DNA from: a virus
IMG/VR virus record: IMGVR_UViG_3300045988_118543
Location: 1 to 37,608 of that record
Reading direction: 5' to 3' (one strand)
Length of the DNA: 37,608 nt
Shown: positions 34,028-37,608 of the stretch, one piece after another
Layout of the letters: each line of letters starts with the position of its first letter
Numbering within the stretch: the first letter of the stretch is position 1
The notes under the pieces: generated by a model
Database searches by the model: none
Told to the model about the DNA's origin: nothing
What the model saw: only the letters and a program-made list of their open reading frames with translations
Program-made: the position numbers and the translations under genes

Positions 34028-34234
34028 TTAGATCCTCACTGGTCTGAGGATTCGCCCCCCCCCGAACAAAATTCTGCGTAATTCAGATGCAATCATGCTT
34101 CCAAGGATCGTATGTACTATTACGAAATCTCCAAAGCACTCTTCGTCTTTTGGAGCTTCCTTTAAAATATTTGATACAGCTTCTGCTACTGATTTTGTCA
34201 GCTTATCTTCCGTTAATGTTATTTCTTTCATCAT
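34028..34234 (-). CDS. Hypothetical protein, first gene of the replication operon
   Basis: 68 aa with a strong RBS aaaggag. It contains a G9 run (plus-strand C9 at 34055..34063) near its 3' end. Confidence 0.5.
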   Translation of the reverse strand: MMKEITLTEDKLTKSVAEAVSNILKEAPKDEECFGDFVIVHTILGSMIASELRRILFGGGRILRPVRI

Positions 34235-34251
34235 TTAAACTCCTTTTCTTG

Positions 34252-34399
34252 GCTCCTGACCTACAAGCAAGACACCGGACACATGTTAGAATTTACAATA
34301 TGATCACCGTTCGAATTGGCACATTATCGATTGGTATTAGCTTAAAAGACTGATTCAGAATTAAGGGGAATTCCGATGCCCTGCTTGTAGACCAGGAAC
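34252..34399 (-). ncRNA. Candidate structured RNA element: a 28-bp helix closing a 92-nt internal region (minus sense only)
   Basis: 34252..34279 pairs with 34372..34399. There are 22 Watson-Crick pairs, and all 6 remaining positions are G-U in the minus-sense RNA but A-C mismatches in plus-sense RNA. Confidence 0.5.
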
Positions 34400-34409
34400 G
34401 TATTGTGTT

Positions 34410-34441
34410 AAAATAGAGATGGATTTAAAAGGGAATCCATC
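34410..34441 (-). terminator. Intrinsic terminator after the 34444..34698 gene (minus strand)
   Basis: 8-bp stem gatggatt (34418-34425) / aatccatc (34434-34441) with an 8-nt loop. It is followed on the minus strand by ucuauuuu. Confidence 0.6.
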
Positions 34442-34443
34442 AA

Positions 34444-34698
34444 TTAAGCGCTCTCTACTTTGGTCGGTGTAGGCGCTTTTTTTAATGCGGGTTCATAGAT
34501 AAATCCCGTGTATTCATATAAAAGTTTTGGTGATATGTAATATGCATATCTCCGTGAATCGTCTTCCATCTTCATGGCTGCTCCGATGGGAAGAATTTTC
34601 CTTTGTAATGCAACTCGAATAAACGCCTGATCTTTATTCATAGCGTTTGCGGCTGCTTCAATTGGAACATTCATCCCCGTGAATCTCGGTTCGTTCAT
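34444..34698 (-). CDS. Putative small DNA-binding protein (excisionase/Cro-like wHTH)
   Basis: 84 aa with a strong RBS aaaggagg. IEAAANAMNKDQAFIRVALQRKILPIG resembles Xis/MerR-type HTH proteins. This is a weak by-eye call. Confidence 0.4.
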   Translation of the reverse strand: MNEPRFTGMNVPIEAAANAMNKDQAFIRVALQRKILPIGAAMKMEDDSRRYAYYISPKLLYEYTGFIYEPALKKAPTPTKVESA

Positions 34699-34713
34699 AT
34701 GGACACCTCCTTT

Positions 34714-34911
34714 CTAAAGCATCGTGAGCAACATGGATGCAGCAAGTGTTACCAAACATCCGGCGCAGAAAGCAACTGTTAGCTTTACCATGTGGCTACC
34801 TTCTTTGTCCTCTTCCTGTATCATCTCTTGAACAGCTGCATGACGATTTACATTTTCCATCATCTGATATGTCAGCCTATCATGGATCTGTTCTCTTTCT
34901 TTTTTTGTCAT
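34714..34911 (-). CDS. Small protein with a C-terminal TM segment
   Basis: 65 aa with RBS agagggg. The C-terminus VAFCAGCLVTLAASMLLTML is hydrophobic. Confidence 0.5.
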   Translation of the reverse strand: MTKKEREQIHDRLTYQMMENVNRHAAVQEMIQEEDKEGSHMVKLTVAFCAGCLVTLAASMLLTML

Positions 34912-34929
34912 ATTCTCATCCCCTCTCTG

Positions 34930-34938
34930 TGATAAAAT
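34930..34938 (+). promoter_or_regulatory. Extended -10 promoter-like element TGATAAAAT for the membrane-protein moron
   Basis: tgataaaat lies at 34930..34938, 25 nt upstream of the ATG at 34963. SD gtgaggt sits in between. Confidence 0.4.
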
Positions 34939-34962
34939 ATTCTTGGACTGTGAGGTATTTTT

Positions 34963-35595
34963 ATGGATTATTTATTAGATATTTTCTTAGTGCTTTTTTC
35001 AACTGTTATTGGTTTTATATTCGGAATTTTCAATATAAAACTGAACACGAATAGGAAACTTTTAGATAATCAGTTAACTTTTGTTTATACACCTTTATAT
35101 AGGGAGATTTGCTTTACAAATTTAGGAACTAAACCAGATAAAGTTTTAGAAATAATCAGAGATGTTATTTATACCAATTTTCAATATGTCCCTGATGATT
35201 TGTATGATATTTCTATTAAGCTTTTGAAGAAGTCTAAAAGCGCCGATTTTGATTTATGGAGTTCCATTGAATGGTCTGATTTTGTGGATTATGTTGAAAA
35301 GCAATATTTATGGATTCAACAAAGTATCAACCTTGACAAAAAAGCACAAAATCCTGATATAAAAAGATACCGTAATAAACAAATATTAAACTGTATTATC
35401 TTTTTGTTTATTTGTTTTTTTATGATTTCTTTCAACTTATTTTTAGGTGTCAAATATCTTCATATTTTGTTTAATAATCCTGAAAATCCAAATTTTGTTC
35501 TTTTTATGATTGGTTTAAATATCATTTCTTTTATTCTGATCATATATTTGATATATAATGTGGCCCAAAATTATACCCAATATATTAGCCGATAA
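34963..35595 (+). CDS. AT-rich membrane protein (moron), candidate superinfection-exclusion or abortive-infection factor
   Basis: 210 aa with one N-terminal and two C-terminal TM segments. It is on the opposite strand to the flanking early genes and is markedly more AT-rich than its neighbours. It sits in the lysogeny-module position near int. Confidence 0.7.
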   Translation: MDYLLDIFLVLFSTVIGFIFGIFNIKLNTNRKLLDNQLTFVYTPLYREICFTNLGTKPDKVLEIIRDVIYTNFQYVPDDLYDISIKLLKKSKSADFDLWSSIEWSDFVDYVEKQYLWIQQSINLDKKAQNPDIKRYRNKQILNCIIFLFICFFMISFNLFLGVKYLHILFNNPENPNFVLFMIGLNIISFILIIYLIYNVAQNYTQYISR

Positions 35596-35641
35596 ACAAA
35601 CAATAAATATTTCCATTTCTACACCTCTTCCCTATTCCTTT

Positions 35642-35839
35642 CTAGGATGTTGAATCTTGTTTCAAGAAACCATCAATGATTTTTTTAAGACTGTTAAGAT
35701 ACTCCTTATAATCCCAGCCCTCATGTTGACAGACTGTGATATCAAATCGAATATCATTTAGAAGCCTTATTTTGAGCTGTTCACGAGCCAACTGATTTAA
35801 GCTCTTAGCCCACTCTACGTCCTCTTTCGTCCTCGACAT
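35642..35839 (-). CDS. Hypothetical early protein
   Basis: 65-aa ORF, the first ORF downstream of the consensus-like leftward promoter. The SD is weak. Confidence 0.45.
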   Translation of the reverse strand: MSRTKEDVEWAKSLNQLAREQLKIRLLNDIRFDITVCQHEGWDYKEYLNSLKKIIDGFLKQDSTS

Positions 35840-35883
35840 CCCAACTATTGACCTGTCGAGGAGTAAGTACCTCCGGTAATATT

Positions 35884-35913
35884 ATTGTAATTGATTCACT
35901 AAGAAAATGTCAA
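35884..35913 (-). promoter_or_regulatory. Sigma-70-type early promoter (minus strand)
   Basis: TTGACA (35913..35908), an 18-nt spacer, then TACAAT (35889..35884). It faces the early genes and is divergent from int. Confidence 0.6.
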
Positions 35914-35931
35914 ATAAAAAAATCCTCCAGC

Positions 35932-35972
35932 ACTGGCAATGCTGAAGGTTGTTAAAGAGGTGTACTGGCAAT
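35932..35972 (+). repeat. Two ACTGGCAAT motifs upstream of int
   Basis: Exact 9-mers at 35932..35940 and 35964..35972. The second lies in the loop of hairpin aggtgta/tacacct (35958..35978). They share YTGGCAA with the arrays downstream of int. Confidence 0.7.
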
Positions 35973-35979
35973 ACACCTT

Positions 35980-36023
35980 GTACATAAAAAGTATGAGCAC
36001 TAGTCATATAACTTTTTATGTAC
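35980..36023. repeat. 13-bp perfect inverted repeat (gtacataaaaagt / actttttatgtac) with an 18-nt loop
   Basis: Arms are 35980..35992 and 36011..36023. On the + strand it is followed by ccattttaccaaatttt, so it could act as a plus-strand terminator or attenuator before int. Confidence 0.7.
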
Positions 36024-36068
36024 CCATTTTACCAAATTTTAGCAAGAAAAGAAAGGATGGGTACTATC

Positions 36069-37142
36069 ATGAAAAAGAACAAATATAGAAGACTGCCAAA
36101 TGGGTTTGGAACAATTAGTCATTTATCTGGAAAAAGAAGAAAACCTTATGTCGCAAAAGCCCCAGCTGTTTACATCATTGATGAAGATAATCAAACTGGA
36201 AAGTATTCTCGCCTGATCATTGGAAGTGCAGAAACATGGGAAAAAGCATATCAATTGTTATTAAAGTATAATGAGACTCCATACAACCTAAGCAAGAAAA
36301 ACACAACACTTAAACAAGTATACGATGCTTGGAGCAAGGAGCACTTTGAAATAGTCAGCGATTCATCTGAAAAAGGTTATAAAGCTGCCTTCTCTATATT
36401 AGAAAACTATTATGACAAACCATTTTGTAAGCTGAGAGCTTTTGATTTTGAAAACGCAGCCAAGGAAAGTGGCAAGAACGCTCCAACCTTGAAGAGGTAT
36501 AAAACATTGATTAATATGCTATATAAATACGCTATTAAATATGAGATAACCACCGTTGATTTTAGCCAAGCTGTTGATTTATCCAGCCTACGCAATAGAA
36601 ACCCAAACAAGAAGAAAAAGAATATCTTTACCAAGAAGGAAATTGATACATTGTGGAAAAGCAAAGACAAAAGAACTGTTCAGATAATATTGATTATGAT
36701 TTACTCAGGAGTACGAATCGAGGAGCTATTGAGTTTAACCAAAGAAGATGTATTCTTGGATAGACATGTGTTTGAAATTGGTGACAGCAAAACAGAGAAT
36801 GGCATTCGTACTGTTCCGATTGCCGATAAAATGCTCCCTTTCTTCAAACAATTTATGAAAGAAAAAGGCAAAACGAATCATCTGATTTTAAATGCTAAAG
36901 GAACAAAATTTGGATATCATAACTTTAGAAAAAATTATTGGAACCCAACAATGGAAGAGCTTGGAATGAATCACAGACCGCATGAAACTCGTCATACTTG
37001 TGCAAGTCTCTTAGCCGATCATAAGATAGAACCAAGAACTATCAAAAAGATTTTAGGACATTCAGGTGCTATGGATTTGACCGAAAAGGTATATACACAT
37101 CTTGATGACAAAGTGCTTTTGGATGCAATAAATACTCTTTAA
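36069..37142 (+). CDS. int: Phage integrase (tyrosine recombinase)
   Basis: Catalytic signature: YSGVRIEELLSL (R), TENGIRTVPI (K), HETRHT (H-x-x-R), and LGHSGAMDLTEKVYTH (H...Y). The ATG at 36069 follows aaggatgg. The ORF track start at 36018 lies inside the inverted repeat. Confidence 0.9.
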   Translation: MKKNKYRRLPNGFGTISHLSGKRRKPYVAKAPAVYIIDEDNQTGKYSRLIIGSAETWEKAYQLLLKYNETPYNLSKKNTTLKQVYDAWSKEHFEIVSDSSEKGYKAAFSILENYYDKPFCKLRAFDFENAAKESGKNAPTLKRYKTLINMLYKYAIKYEITTVDFSQAVDLSSLRNRNPNKKKKNIFTKKEIDTLWKSKDKRTVQIILIMIYSGVRIEELLSLTKEDVFLDRHVFEIGDSKTENGIRTVPIADKMLPFFKQFMKEKGKTNHLILNAKGTKFGYHNFRKNYWNPTMEELGMNHRPHETRHTCASLLADHKIEPRTIKKILGHSGAMDLTEKVYTHLDDKVLLDAINTL

Positions 37143-37152
37143 TATAAATTCA

Positions 37153-37174
37153 TTGGCAACAAATTGGCAACAAA
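37153..37174 (+). repeat. Tandem 2 x TTGGCAACAAA
   Basis: Exact 11-mers at 37153..37163 and 37164..37174, 11 nt after the int stop. Confidence 0.9.
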
Positions 37175-37230
37175 CAGTGTAATTTTCCCATATATAAAGG
37201 TATATACAATTTTCTTTCTTAAAACTTTCT

Positions 37231-37275
37231 GGCAAAGCCCTTTAGGTAATTTCCCTTACTTAAAGGGCTTTTGCC
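37231..37275 (+). terminator. Hairpin / probable int terminator
   Basis: Stem aagcccttta (37235-37244) / taaagggctt (37261-37270), extended by ggca/tgcc with a 1-nt bulge. The loop is 16 nt. The T-tract after the hairpin is weak. Confidence 0.5.
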
Positions 37276-37303
37276 TGTTCTAGAGCCTTGAAAAAGGTGT
37301 CTA

Positions 37304-37336
37304 CTGGCAACAAATTGGCAACAAATTGGCAACAAA
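37304..37336 (+). repeat. Tandem 3 x (C/T)TGGCAACAAA
   Basis: 11-mers at 37304, 37315 and 37326, followed by a T-rich tract. Confidence 0.9.
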
Positions 37337-37414
37337 TTTATTTTTTTACTTTATTTATGTAAATTAATAAGCGTGAACTTTAGTTTTTCCAAGAAATATA
37401 GACTTGTCATGATT

Positions 37415-37442
37415 TTGTAAGATTTGATCGCTACACTATTAA
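37415..37442 (+). promoter_or_regulatory. Weak promoter-like element (TTGTAA-16 nt-TATTAA)
   Basis: Located at 37415..37420 and 37437..37442, upstream of the RBS ggaggtg and the TTG start at 37459. Confidence 0.3.
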
Positions 37443-37458
37443 TCGGGAGGTGATCAAA

Positions 37459-37608
37459 TTGGAAATCGAAATCAAGCCTGAAGATCTATCTTTGTTTTTA
37501 GATAAGATTGGCCTTAATAATATAAATAGGATAGAGGTATTTGGTATTAATGAAGATGGATCTAGGGAAAAGATTGATATATCTGAATTTATTTCAGCAC
37601 AAAAAAAG
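37459..37608 (+). CDS. Small ORF running into the terminal repeat (partial at the window end)
   Basis: RBS gggaggtg lies 6 nt upstream of TTG 37459. Translation is LEIEIKPEDLSLFLDKIGLNNINRIEVFGINEDGSREKIDISEFISAQKK... If the genome is circular, the frame continues from nt 2 through the terminator to a stop at 243..245, which looks non-genic. Confidence 0.3.
   Translation, partial: MEIEIKPEDLSLFLDKIGLNNINRIEVFGINEDGSREKIDISEFISAQKK
37524..37608. repeat. Terminal direct repeat, right copy (identical to 1..85)
   Basis: Exact 85/85 identity by direct comparison. Confidence 0.95.

Noticed and set aside
34055-34063. C9 (G9 in the coding sense) homopolymer near the 3' end of the 34028..34234 gene, considered as a phase-variation switch or a frameshift fusing it to the next gene.
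   Set aside because: I translated both shifted frames by hand. A -1 shift gives ...ESSDQ-stop at 34036..34038. A +1 shift gives ...NPQTSEDLKA-stop at 34020..34022. Neither fuses to the downstream ORF, and only the last ~10 residues change. It is worth checking for sequencing error but is unlikely to be a regulatory switch.
36018-36068. Integrase N-terminal extension MYPFYQILARKERMGTI from the ORF-track start.
   Set aside because: The ATG at 36018 lies inside the 13-bp inverted-repeat stem and has no SD. The ATG at 36069 is preceded by aaggatgg and gives a typical integrase N-terminus (MKKNKYRRLPNGFG).

Overview
The window is one complete temperate siphovirus-like phage or prophage genome from a low-GC Gram-positive (Bacillota-type) host. 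The unit length is about 37.5 kb, and it is bounded by an exact 85-bp direct repeat (1..85 = 37524..37608).

Nearly all genes are on the minus strand. Reading right to left:
- Early region: 35839 to 34444.
- Replication and recombination module: SMC-like ATPase, AAA_24 ATPase, DUF669-like protein, SF2 helicase, free-standing HNH endonuclease, primase/helicase, an iteron-rich origin-like region, and RusA.
- A RinA/ArpU-like late regulator.
- Packaging and head genes: terS, terL, portal, MuF-like head protein, scaffold, major capsid.
- Head-tail joining genes, major tail protein, chaperones, tape measure, Dit, Tal, and a tail CHAP hydrolase.
- Baseplate and collagen-like fibre genes, the receptor-binding tip, then holin and a CHAP+GH25 endolysin.

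Only four plus-strand units exist:
- A phage integrase (36069..37142) flanked by YTGGCAA repeat arrays.
- A very AT-rich membrane-protein moron (34963..35595).
- A second tyrosine recombinase (2969..3865).
- A promoterless tail-fibre C-terminal cassette beside that recombinase.

The most interesting structure is at 2948..4892. The second tyrosine recombinase sits next to three homologous tail-fibre C-terminal cassettes. Each cassette is preceded by the same 13-bp core, GTATGTCCTTTAC, in mixed orientations. This is the architecture of a shufflon (multi-inversion system) that would swap the receptor-binding tip.

Other notable items:
- A MuF head protein with a C-terminal polymorphic-toxin-like domain, plus a translationally coupled candidate immunity gene.
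- A 28-bp helix that forms only in the minus-sense RNA, ahead of the replication module.
- A terminator-insulated mini-cassette with 10-bp-phased repeats inside the morphogenesis operon.
- A promoter-then-terminator arrangement upstream of terS.

All protein family calls come from motif recognition by eye. No database search was run.
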